64,000 bases of DNA from Setoptus koraiensis (Eukaryota > Animalia > Arthropoda), in contig CM106585.1 of assembly GCA_048013815.1 (NCBI GenBank), forward strand, positions 9,548,001 through 9,612,000. Reading direction: 5' to 3'. The notes beneath the pieces were generated by a model, which searched no databases, had not been told where the DNA came from, and saw only the letters and a program-made list of their open reading frames with translations. This document shows positions 38,172 through 50,070 of this stretch, one piece after another; the stretch's first letter is position 1, and every line of letters starts with the position of its first letter. Made by a program: the position numbers and the translations under genes.

Positions 38172-38427
38172 CCCGTCGGATTTGTGACATTCACGACGCG
38201 CGCCGGAGCCGAGGCCGCCAAACAAGATCTGCAGGGCGTGAGATTTGATCCTGATTTACCGCAAACAATCAGATTAGAATTTGCCAAATCTAACACAAAA
38301 GTCAGCAAGCCCAAGCAACAATCGTCGCCGCCATTGCACACCCAGGCTAACAATCAAAATGGCAATCACCAAGGATCGCACCATCAAACTGGCCTCACAC
38401 AAAGCGCCGTCCACCCTCTCACCGGTT
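38172..38427 (+). CDS. cpo: couch potato exon [48 protein letters not shown]...HPLTG
   Basis: RNP1 and RRM C-terminus characteristic of Cpo. CAG acceptor at 38171 and T|GTGAGT donor at 38428 (phase 1). Confidence 0.97.
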
Positions 38428-38595
38428 GTGAGTATCTCAGCAGTAATTATGTCCCCCAACAGACAACTCATTTCTTCCATCCATTTCTCGCACTTTGCCC
38501 GCTTGGCGAAACCATCTAACCATTTGCACACACGTTAATAAACACCCCACAACCCGATTGGTGTCGACATTTGGTTGGCGACATCCCGACGTGTA

Positions 38596-38655
38596 CCCGG
38601 CCAAAAACCCGGCCAAAAACCCGGCCAAAAACCCGACGAAAAACCCGACGAAAAA
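38596..38655. repeat. Minisatellite, 12-bp CCCG(GC/AC)(C/G)AAAAA x5, in cpo intron 4
   Basis: Direct reading. Confidence 0.9.
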
Positions 38656-38921
38656 TCCGATGCGCACCCGAACGACCAACCCTAATTAACTCGGCACAAA
38701 TCGCCACCAACCGAACAAACAAACATCGCGGCCCGACCGAAAAATGGCTAATTGACCGAAAATCGAAATTGCCAACAACGGAAAAAATGTGGCCGCTTGA
38801 AAACCGCGAAAACGAACCGCGAACTTTATTATGAAAACTTTATTATGAAAACGACGGCAAACCCAAAAACTGAACAAACCCAAAAAACCGAACGAACCCG
38901 ACCGAATGACGCGCAAAACAG

Positions 38922-39079
38922 TGGAATTAAACGCCGCGCTCCTGTCGGGCGACGGCTGGAGTCACCCGCATCACGCACTATCCTACCAAGACCACGTTAA
39001 CTCTGTGACGTCGCCCATCCACTCGGCCGCCGCCCTCGTGCACCCGGGCCACCATCCGGGCCTGCACGGCCAGTTACCC
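38922..39079 (+). CDS. cpo: couch potato exon (L)ELNAALLSGDGWSHPHHALSY...AALVHPGHHPGLHGQLP
   Basis: ACAG acceptor in phase 1 and CCC|GTAAGT donor. W.HP..Y and LVHP..H motifs resemble the Cpo C-terminal region. Confidence 0.88.
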
Positions 39080-39590
39080 GTAAGTCTCACATTGTAATTA
39101 ATGTAAAGTGTTGCTCACCACTCATTGCCGGCTCGGGCCGCCCGCTCAACGCGACGACATTGCGCGGCACATTTATACACTGGCTCATTTATACATTGGC
39201 TCATGAGGGGGAGGGGGGAGCAGTTGCCATGGCGAGCGCATCCGCGCGACATGGCAACTGTGCGACGGGCGCCGACAGCGGCCCGCTTGCATAAGCCGCC
39301 AAGTCACCATTAGCCCGACCGTAAGCCGCTAGTTAGGTAATGCGGCGGCGACATGCAGCGGCCGCTAATGATCTTTGACAGCGCGCTTGGCGCTGCCGGC
39401 TGCCACGGGCCCCAACGTGCTCGTGTCGCCCGGCGAGCCGGCTGAGACAGCGCGTGCACGCCGGCCAAGATCCGGCTGACGCTGGCGCCGCTGATTGTGT
39501 CTGACAACTGGCGAAGTGGGGGCCCCCGACTGGCGCTTTGTTCGCCGCTGTGTGACGCTGTCGCGGAAAATCGCTGCCAGCGCCACTGCC

Positions 39591-39676
39591 GCCGCTTCTG
39601 GCGAGGCCGCTTCTGGCGAGGCCGCTTCTGTTGGCGCTTCTGTTGGCGCTTCTGTTGGCGCTTCTGTTGGCGCTTC
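39591..39676. repeat. Compound minisatellite (15-bp x2, then 12-bp GCTTCTGTTGGC x4)
   Basis: Direct reading; unit lengths are multiples of 3, which produces spurious ORFs. Confidence 0.9.
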
Positions 39677-42518
39677 GGGTCCCGCTGCCGCCGCCGCCGC
39701 CACGGGCTACACGACAAGAGTTCTTTGGAAACAAGAACGACGACGACTAATTCTTTGCGAGAAAGAAGCGCGCCCAGCACGCCGACAACAAAGGCTCGAG
39801 AACAAGCGAAAAAACAAACTGTCTGCTCGCTGCAGCCACTGATAAGTTTCCTCTCGCCGGGCGCCCCTTTTTGCTCTCACAGCGCACTTCTGGCGCGCCA
39901 GCCCGTCGAGCCGAGGCCGGCGCTGCTCAATTTCATCTGACGGCGCTCTCATTGCGACTCTTATATCCGCCGAGAGCCGAGGGGCGCCCTGGGTGCCAGA
40001 TCTAGATAAGTTGGCACTCGAACGCTTATCTGGCGCGCGCTTGCCGAGCCTCAAATGAAGTGAAAATACCCACTGACGCCGACCGGCTGCCGGGGGCCCG
40101 CGCCGGCGCCACTTCGGGCGGCGCGGCTTCGTTTTTAATAGCATCAATTGAAACAAGCTTGCAACACAGTTAAACAAACACGGCTCCCTCTATCAACTGA
40201 CAGTTTCAGCGCTTGCACCGCCAGCCAGCCAGCCAGCCAGCGCCAGCAAATAGCCAATCAAATTGGGGCCCAATTTAATCGCGCCACCAGCCAACTTTTG
40301 GCGGCGGTCGCTTGGCACCGCCGGCTGCCAACTCTCACACTATTGTGCAACGCGCTTGCTGTCTTTGAGCGCGCCTGTCAGACCGTCAGCGGCGGGCCGG
40401 GCGCGCATTAGATCGGTATCGCGGCCCATAGATCATTCTTGTCCCGTTGCCCGGGCCGCGCTGCCGGGCTCCGGCGAGACACTCGCTCTTTTGGCACCCG
40501 CTTGACGTCGTGATTCCAAGTGGGAATTTCCAACTGTTACCACTCGCCCGGCGCCGGGTTATGATGGCCGTCGGCGTCGCACCTTGCGCACCACGACCGA
40601 CCGCCAGCGCAAGCCAAGTGGCGCCCGAGCTGCGGCTGCCAGCACGGCCTCAATTAATGAGAATTGTGCGAAGTAGAGCGAAAACTGTGCCGAGCGGCCA
40701 CGACGAGCGACCGTAAAATCGCGCGCGCGGCCCGCCGCGGTCCTGTCAGTGGAGCGGACGCGCGGGCCGTTTTCGGGACGGATTTTTTTGAGCGGTGATT
40801 TTTTTGGGCGGCTCGCTTTTTTGGGCCGCTCGCAAGCTCCGGCGGCGCCCCAAAGAAGCGCCAAAGAGCCGCGTTGTGTTAACTAACACGAATCGGGACT
40901 CTCGATTCGAGAGCCCGTGGCGCGTGGCGCCATCTCTCGCTGGCTCGGGGCCGGGCGCGGGCACTCGGAAGTCAATTAGACGGCGGCCATATGATTTATC
41001 CGTTTGTTTGTTTGTTTGTTTGTTGTCATCATTACTGGCTGGCGATTATTGGCCGGCCCCAGTCGATTGCGATTGTGTGGCGATACAAGCTGGCTTGTCG
41101 TGAATAACTAATTAATCTACTTCATGGGCTGGCTGTCGCTTACGTAACTGCTAGCGCTAACTAACTGGCTCGGCAGCGCCGACGTGTCGAAGAATGAGCA
41201 TAATTGCTCGCTGCAGCGCGACCTGACGCAACAACATTTGGCTAGATCGCTAATGGAGCGACGAAATCGCGCCCCGCGCCATCACAGCGCACGGGCCCGT
41301 CCATCGATAGGGGGCGCCGTGATGGATGGCGGCCGGCCGGGCATCATTAGCGGCGCGCACCTTATGCTAATAAGGGTACAAGGCCAAATGACAGATGATC
41401 GGGCCGGCCGGCCATATTGTCGCTGAATGGCGACGATATCGCGAGCTGCGCGCATATCCGCGCCACTAGCGGATACTTTTGTTGCCCGACGCGTTGTTTA
41501 TTTAGGCGTGTTGTGTTGCGCCCATTGCGCATGTTGCTGTCAGACTGTGACAGTGGGTTTGCGACTGTCGGCCGCGAACGGCCGGCCCGCGACTGTCGGC
41601 CGCGAACAGTCGAGGCTGTGGCGCGACAACAATTTGTTGTTTATTGGCCCGCTGATCACTTTGTTTGACATGCACTTGACTCGCGCCCGATGTGCGCCAT
41701 TTCGGCACAAACTTCAACTTTAAACTGGCGAGCGCCCGCCCAAATCCGTCCACTCGAGCTCGCCGGGCACGGCCGGCCCGCGAAAAGAAACGTCGCGTCG
41801 GCCGGCCCGCGAAAAGAAACGTCGCATCGGTGCGCGCGTTGATGACCGGCGGGCCATCAAGTGGCCGGTCGGTCACGTAGCGCGCCGCTGGCGGCGCGCC
41901 ACCTCGCGGCGGCCCCGCACCCGCCAACAACAACACGCAATATAATGTGTATTTTATGTACATATACATTAAATTTGGGCAATAATAATAGTGATATTAA
42001 TAATGGCAGCGGCAGTAATAATGATAATGATTATGCCGTGTTTATTTTTGCCGCTGCCGCCGGTTGTTTGCCGCGGCGATGTTATCGGTGCTGCCACCAA
42101 CAAACAACACAGTTGCCACGTACACGCACACGCACGCGACACACACACGCACACGCACACGCACGAGCATCATAAGCGTCACGTTACGCGCTCAATAAAT
42201 TGTATTTGCGAGTTACAGTTACACAATTTACTACAGTTACGTTGCACCAGTTACGCAATTGGCGTAGCCAGTGGCTGCGCTGAATTCAAGTGTCGTCGAG
42301 AACCGCACGAGATGATGTAATAATAATAAGGGGGCCCCAAGACAATTGAGGGGCCGGCTTGGCGCGGCGAGTGTGTTTGCACTTGTCGCAAAGCTGGCGT
42401 GTAAGTGTTTTAATCATTGTCGCTGGCCGTTGTTTGTTGTCAGAAATAGTCGGAAATAAATGTGATAGACACACTCACGTGCATGCATAAACACGGGCCC
42501 TGTGCGCCCGCGAGTTGC

Positions 42519-42600
42519 GCATATATCCGCATATATCCGCATATATCCGCATATATCCGCGTATATCCGCATATATCCGCATATGCCGCACATATCCGCA
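42519..42600. repeat. Minisatellite, 10-bp ATATATCCGC x~8
   Basis: Direct reading. Confidence 0.95.
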
Positions 42601-44780
42601 CGGTATGTGTTTGTGCACACGAACGGGGAACGTCCAACGGGACAATTTTAATTTATTGCCTGTCGCATCGCGCTGCAAGCTCGCCACTGGCACGAGTTGT
42701 GTCGCAGCGGCAGTTATTATTTTAAACTTGCCAAACTCTGGCCAAACGCTCGCCAAACGCTCGCCAAACTTGGCCCCGCACGCGGCCGGAAGTAGATGGC
42801 GCTGCGGTGAATGTTGCACAAGGCGCGCAAGGACGCCAAATGTGTAAGCGACAATGTGTAAACAATCTCTCTCGCTGATCGAGCACATCGCTGGCTGGCT
42901 GGCTGGCTGGCCCGTTTGTTTGTATATTGCTATATTCATATATATGCGGCTGTAATATCATTATATATATTTACATTAGTTGTGGCGTCACTCGGCCCCC
43001 AACACGCCACACACAATGCGCCACTGGGCACGGCGACGGTCTTGACGGGCGCCCCAAATTGAGTGCAATCATCATATTTATGTTTGTTGTGTTGTGTATA
43101 TTTGGATTTACATTTTACACGCCGCAACATGCCGCACCGATGTGCATCATTTTCCACTAGGCGCATTTTGTTTTCTTTCAAAATTTGTGCCACACGGCAG
43201 CACAAATTTTGATTTGTGCGCGAACGACCCTATGCGCTCACTGTCGGCACTGTTATATTGCCCTATGTTACATAGGCTATGTACGGTACATAGGGTCGCT
43301 CGGCAACGCTAGTCGGCCTGGCGAGCTACCGGCGCGCTCGCCGTCGCCGGGCCGCCACTTGAATTGGGTGGCCCGGCGAGCCAGCCAGCGCTGGCCAGCA
43401 ACAACAACCGCGCAACCACAGTTGATAATTTATTCCAACAAAACGCTGACATCGAGCGGCGCACGGATAGCGCACGACGGATTGTTATTTCGGCTCGGCG
43501 TTTCTTTGGGCCGCTGCCAGCTCGATAATGGCACACACACGCACACTATATAAATAGCTCTGGCGAGATCCATCAATCACACAGACACGCCAGACTGGGG
43601 CCGGCCGTCAGACGCTCAGAAATGAATAGGCCGCCCGGCGCCAGACAGCTCACCGGCCGAATCGGTGCGCTTTTTCGGGCCGGCCCGACGGGCCGCTTGC
43701 TGGCGTCGGCCACGTCCGCGGTGGCCGCTTGTTTGCCCGCCAGACTCGGCCAGATTCTGCCAGACTCGGCCAGATTCTGCCAGATCCGGCCCGATCCGGC
43801 CCGATTCGGCCCGATCCGCCATCTCATGCGATGCCCATTATCTAATCAATAATAATATTCTAAGCTACAATTGGGCCGACTTAACTCTTTGCTCTCCGCG
43901 AGCCCGGCCCCATTGTGATTACCGCTATTGTGCCGCTAGGCCGGCCATTTCGGCACGAGATTAGCCTGTCACCGTCGTCGGCGATGCGCCTATATTATGC
44001 ATATTATGTGTATTTTGTGTGTATCATGTATATTATATCTGTTACGTATATACATACATACATTTTGCGCTACTTTGTTCACTCGTCGTGGCGTCCAAAT
44101 CGCGCATCCAGCTAGACGATAATCAATGATGTTGCGTCATAGTTGCAAACAGCAGCGACGCCGGCATTAGCGGTATTAATACTGTCGGGCCGGGGGCTTA
44201 CGCGACAACAGCGCCGCTCGGACTAAGTAGCGGATTATGCTTGCGCTGGCAATCATAATGATAAATAAAATCATTGGGATTTGTTTTTGATCAGCCAGCC
44301 AGCCAGTGAGCCAGTGAGCCAGTGAATGAGTTGCAAACAATGCTGCCACGACCCCTTTCTATCTTTATCAAGCCAACAGGCTAAGCTGGCCCCAACCCAA
44401 AAATCAATCAGCTCGCTGCGAGAGCCACCAACAAAACTGTTGGCAAGTTGGCTGGCCAGGCCGGCCAACTTGACAAGCATGACAACTTTATTATTTCTAG
44501 CCCATTTAATTTTCCATTTGGCCCCATTGAGCGCTGTGACGCGCCACTAGCTCGCCGGCCTAATGGCTAGGCCGGCCTACTTAATGGGCCCAGACTAATG
44601 GCGCACGGGCATATATCACAGTATCGCGGTATCTCAGTACCAATACTATCACAATAGTACTATCGCTGGCATCACAATAACAGTTATAAGCAGCAAAGTA
44701 CCATAGCACCAACTATTATATAATTAACTATTATATAACTAACTAATGATTGTCTCTTCTGTTTGTCTTTCCCCATTCAG

Positions 44781-44816
44781 ATATCCCGGTTTTTCCCATT
44801 TGAGAATGCCTATTAG
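44781..44816 (+). CDS. cpo: Probable cpo terminal coding exon ISRFFPFENAY*
   Basis: Strong 3' splice site: ACTAACTAAT (44738-44747), pyrimidine tract, TTCAG at 44780, 72-nt AG-free zone, phase 0. The peptide itself is not recognised. Confidence 0.6.
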   Translation: MSRFFPFENAY

Positions 44817-44887
44817 TATTGATTATTAGCATTGATATCTCACTCTATGACTCGCTCTGATCAACACAAATTCAAATTCAAATTCAA

Positions 44888-44919
<32 letters not shown>

Positions 44920-44991
44920 GTCTCTCACGTGCTCGGGGGCCTGCCAGCCAGCAAGCGAGTCTATTGAGTCAGATAGCCGACCCAAACAACA

Positions 44992-44993
<2 letters not shown>

Positions 44994-45049
<56 letters not shown>
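44994..45049. repeat. (CA)28 microsatellite in the putative cpo 3' UTR
   Basis: Direct reading. Confidence 0.95.
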
Positions 45050-45053
<4 letters not shown>

Positions 45054-46197
45054 AACAGATAAACAAATCAACAAATTGGACATAGCGGCGGATCATCAAG
45101 CGGCCATCACAACAGCAGATAAACGATCATTATCCGACTGCGCTGCGAACACCGAGGGGGGCCCAAGTATGAGCTTTATGTCGGCCATATATCCGTTACA
45201 TACAACAGTTGCATTTAGTTGGAATAGATGGATTCGGAATAGTCGGAATAGTCGGAATGGTTGCATAGTTGCCAGCAGCAAGCGACGACCCTCGGTAGAC
45301 TCGCTTTTTCTCCCAAAATCAATCAGCGCCCATTAATTAGTCGTGTAATCGCTTGTGCGCTTACTTACCGTTGCATAATCTCGCTGTTGGCTGTGGCAAC
45401 ATAATTGCATAATTGCATAATCGCACAATCGCATAATGATGCGACAGCGAACGGCACGCCGACCGCCTCAGGCTCACTCAATGGCAGGCACTTGTTGCTT
45501 GCACCAGTATTATAATTGGCCATCCACATTTATGCAAATATGCGCGTAATATGGCGACTAACAACCAACCACCGGTCTCTCACAAACACACACACACACG
45601 CACACACTGACAATCCCCAGCAGAGGAGCAACAAATTTGCGCAAATTTATCCAAACAACACACACTTATTATATAATCAGGGGCACAATTATTGTGCGCA
45701 CTTGTAAAGGCGGCCGGCCCGACGGCACCACCGATGAGAAGAACATTGTCACTTTAAAACTATTAATACAACAACAACAACAACAACAATTATTACTATT
45801 ATCATCACCATTATTATTATTATTAATATTACTATTGAATAATTATTAATTACTATTATTAGATACTATTATTAGACTATTGTAAAACAATTGTGATCTA
45901 AAACAATCAACCGGCATAATGTGACGGACTCACTGACCACAGTGGCTGAGACACAGATTATTGTCAACTATTACTCACTACCAATTGACCATGATCATCA
46001 GTATGGCCCAAAGCGGCACGGGATATCAACCGATTGATATTGCGATTATCAATCAAACCGGGCGCCTCGCCACGGATAATCACTCCCACTCACAACAGCA
46101 ACAACAACTACTACTACTACAACAACAACTACTACTACTACAACAACAGCAACAACTACAACTACAACAACTCTAATCAACACAATCTCCTGTGTAC

Positions 46198-46203
46198 AAT
46201 AAA
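46198..46203 (+). terminator. Candidate cpo poly(A) signal AATAAA (ATTAAA also at 46253-46258)
   Basis: Lies at the end of the A/C-rich plus-strand 3' UTR-like region. Confidence 0.4.
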
Positions 46204-46336
46204 GACAAACCTAAAATTATACAAAATTGTATAAAACGCAAAAAAGCAAACTATTAAAACCATTATACCTTATCATTGCCAGTCACGAGCTTTATGCATA
46301 ACATCCGATCACTTCAATTATCAACGGCTAATTAAT

Positions 46337-46342
46337 TTTATT
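46337..46342 (-). terminator. Candidate Lim1 poly(A) signal AATAAA on the minus strand (another at 46508-46513)
   Basis: TTTATT on the plus strand, about 0.85-1 kb downstream of the Lim1 stop codon. Confidence 0.4.
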
Positions 46343-47351
46343 AGCGGCCTTGATGTGCGACTGTGTGTCATGATTCGAGAATAATTGTAAAGAATTCGGC
46401 AATCCAATAATTTGAATAGCCACACAATAATGAGACGAGCAACAGTGAGACACGTAATAATGTTACCCAAATGATTCAGTGGAAGGGGCTAGTGAGAGTT
46501 GTGGGTGTTTATTTGCACTTAATGTCCTGTTGAAATAGCATTAGTTAGTTTGTTTTCGTTCTTGTCAAGTAATTGTCAATTCGAATATGTCATATCGTTC
46601 TCTAATTACATCTATCTATCTATTAATTGTATTAATTTGGTGCACATAACTGCCACGCCGAGCACCCATGAGTAATCAGCTTGCTTGTGTTTGTTGGCGT
46701 GACGTTAATCAATTAAAGATTAATTAATTAACTTGTACGCAATTAGAAACAAGTTGCAATGAGCGTTCGTTACGGCAGCCACTGCAAGTTTTCTGTGAGT
46801 TGACCATGGCTAACAAATATCATCATCATCAACAACAATGTAAACAGTTGGTGTTGTTGCGCAATAGTTGCCCTCATGCAGTGACAATTGTGTCCAACAG
46901 TGACAATTGATTTTAGTGAGTTTACAATTGACAATGGTTTGTTTGGTGACAATTTGTGAGTGTTTTTAGCAACATTATTAGGTGACAGTGGCACAAATCG
47001 CTGTGTTCTATACCTAAACTATCAATAGCAATGACTGCCTATGAATTGAGATCAATATGTTGAATAATGATTTGTTATGGGTGTTGTTTGTGTTGATAAT
47101 AATCGCATAGTTAATTATAATAATTATAATAAGTAGTATTTACAGTAATCAGTCAGTGGCTCTTTTTGTTGTCTAACGTTGCTTCTTGCAATCCGATGGA
47201 TTTCTTGTCAATTGACACATCCATTGGATCTGACAATTGTGAGTTAAATTTGAATTTAGTTTCCTTTAGTTTAGTGGTCGGTGGAAGCACATGTAACCTG
47301 CGCCCTCTGTTGGCAATCTAGTCTATCTAATTGACCATGATGATTGTTGCG

Positions 47352-48148
47352 TCACCATTGCATAATGGTCAAATTGTGTCCTCCGTTGTGGCTGGGCCCG
47401 TGGTGCTGATGCATCTGGGGCAACATGTTGCTCTGTTGCTGTTGCTGCTGATGTTGCATGGATGAAAGGTGCTGCTGCTGTTGTTGTTGTTGTTGTTGTT
47501 GCTGTTGTTGTTGCATAGGCGACGCCATAGCTGTGTGATATTGTTGTTGTTGTTGCGCAATCATTGTTTGTTGTTGTCTAATTGACTGTTGTTGTTGTTG
47601 CATGGTTGCCTCGTGACCCTGCCTTTGCATCTGTTGTGCAGAGTTTGCGTCCAACGGATGCTGCTGTTGTTGTTGATATGCTGGCTGCATATAGGCGGCC
47701 TGTTGTTGTTGTTGTTGTTGGCTTGATGCAGCTACCTGCTGCTGTTGTTGTTGTTGATTTTGTAACATTACAGTGGCGCCACTCGGTGACATCGATTGAT
47801 GATGAGGGCCCACATGTGCGCCGCTCAGGTATGCGTTAGGGGCACCGTTAGATGGCGGCACTGTCTGCAAAGCACTCATTTGAGCTTGTTGTCCGTTGAC
47901 CTGCTGTTGTTGTTGTTGTTGCGATTGCTGTTGTTGTTGTTGTTGCTGATTGTTGTTACTCACAGCAACCTGCATCGATGTCTGTGCCTGGCCATTGCTC
48001 ATTATGGGCTGCGGTGTCTGAGGGGCGCCCGCCGGTTGCTGATGACTAAGGGTATTGGGTATTTGAGTTGTTTGTGGGGTGGCAGTGGCGGTGAGGCCGA
48101 AGGCGCTCGGCTGGCCAGTGAAGCCTTGGTCGCCCTGATTGCTAGAGT
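47352..48148 (-). CDS. Lim1: Lim1/Lhx1-5 terminal coding exon, polyQ-rich, ending ...HNLTIMQW*
   Basis: TACACAG acceptor at 48149. Phase 1 joins the preceding exon in frame (YFS-D-SSNQGDQGF...) and runs into the 216-aa ORF 48002-47352. Confidence 0.85.
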
Positions 48149-48405
48149 CTGTGTATAATAATGCAAAAATAGAGGGATGATACGACAGGTTGATTAATTG
48201 ATTGAATGAGCTCGGTGGACAAATGTGGATAGTGCGACAAATTTCATAATTTCATAACTATTTCCTATCGCAAGTCGTGTCGCAAAAGAGCGGCCCGCGG
48301 CTAGATGGCGCCACTGGCCGGTTGGTGGCGGTTCGGTTACAACTTGTGGCGACTTGTATCAGTACTGCCTATTCAGTAGGCTGTATGGCCGTGTTTTTTG
48401 TATTT

Positions 48406-48429
48406 AACAACAGCAACAGCAGCAGCAGC

Positions 48430-48469
<40 letters not shown>

Positions 48470-48498
48470 GCAACAACAACAACAACGACGACGACGAC
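48406..48498. repeat. (CAG/CAA/CGA)n trinucleotide tract in a Lim1 intron
   Basis: Direct reading. Confidence 0.9.
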
Positions 48499-50009
48499 TA
48501 ATAGCTAATAACTTGTAAACTACCGCACAAACTAACCGCAATTATTATGTGTTACGTCACGACAACGACAGTAGCCGGGTAATTTGCATGGCCCGAGCGG
48601 CCGTCCGGTTCTCACAGTCGCCGGCACCGACAACAACAGCAACCACTGACACAGGCGCATAATAAACAGGCGACAACAGGTGAATAACAGGTGAGCAACA
48701 ATTATAGGTTGGCCGCCGTAGCCGCCGTTGCCGCCGTTGAGCGAGCGGCTCATCTTCCCATGAATATTTGCCATTATTATCACCGGCTTGGCCGGTCGCC
48801 CGGCAATGACAAACCGGCCGGCGGAGGCCGCTCTTCGTGGCCGCTCATTCCGGCTCAGTCTGGCTCGTTTCGGCCCGGCGCGCTGTTTTGTTTGTGCGGC
48901 TCCGCAAACGACCGCACGACCGGCGCCCGACACAATGCCCGCAGCCGACAATGGCCCAACATTGAGCTGTCTTGTCGGCTGGCATGCCGACCGGCCGTTT
49001 ATTGTGTCGGCCGCCCGTTTATAGGGCCACAGACTGTCCCAATTGGCTTGCGTGATCGCTTTTCTCGCCGACCGCCGGCCGTCGCCAGCGCCGGCCCGTC
49101 GCCAGTTGCTCAACACAACTCATTATTGTGCTTACGCAATATTACGCCAATTGCGCAATATGCGCGCCACTTGCCCGCTCAATTCCTGCACCGAAATTCG
49201 CACAATTCTTGCACTGAAATTCGCCCGATTCCCGCACTGAAATCCGCTCAATGCCCGCACTGAATGTCGCGCGATTCCGACCGATACCCGAGCGCCTCTC
49301 AGCCAATATTCGGCTCGAAATACCCGGCCAAACGCACAATATTCGGTAGCCGATATACGCACAAATGATGGATTCGCACAAGCGGCCTTGGCGCAGCGGC
49401 CGCTCTGACCGCATTGGCCCGTTGGCCGCGATACCGGCGCGGATACGCGACTCGCCGGCACGCCGGCCAAACTCATTTCCTGGCCGGTGGGGCGCCGACG
49501 CGGACCACCGCCAATGAACGGGCCCGCCGGCTCGCCGCTGGACGACGTTGCCTGTTTGGCGTTCGCCGGGCCGGCCGGCGCACAGGCGGATATTGTGACC
49601 GATCGGCGGTATCGCGTGAGCCATCGCACAATGCTCGCATGAGTACATGTTAAATGTCTATATCTAGATCTTATCTGGCGGCACCATCGGCCGTTGTCGC
49701 GAGGTGTCGAGTCGGCCGCCGGCCACTAGTTTAGCCGCGCACTAACCGCACTAACCGCGCCGACCCGACAGAGCCGAGCGGGCCGACGGCTCGCCATTGA
49801 TCGGCGCCGATTCGGCCGGCACACAGGTGACTCACTGGGCACCGCTCAGTGTGCCGGTTGTCGGGTAGCCCGGGGCGATGGGCACGATCGGGCAACACAT
49901 ACACAAAGCGCACGCCACATTCCTGCCTGACACCGACACAATGGCCATAATTGTATCATCGGATTTCTCCATTCAAGGGTGGCCCAGTGTGCGTGCGTGT
50001 GTGTGTCTC

Positions 50010-50010
<1 letters not shown>

Positions 50011-50068
<58 letters not shown>
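50011..50068. repeat. (GT)29 microsatellite, (AC)n on the Lim1 sense strand
   Basis: Direct reading. Confidence 0.95.
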
Positions 50069-50070
<2 letters not shown>

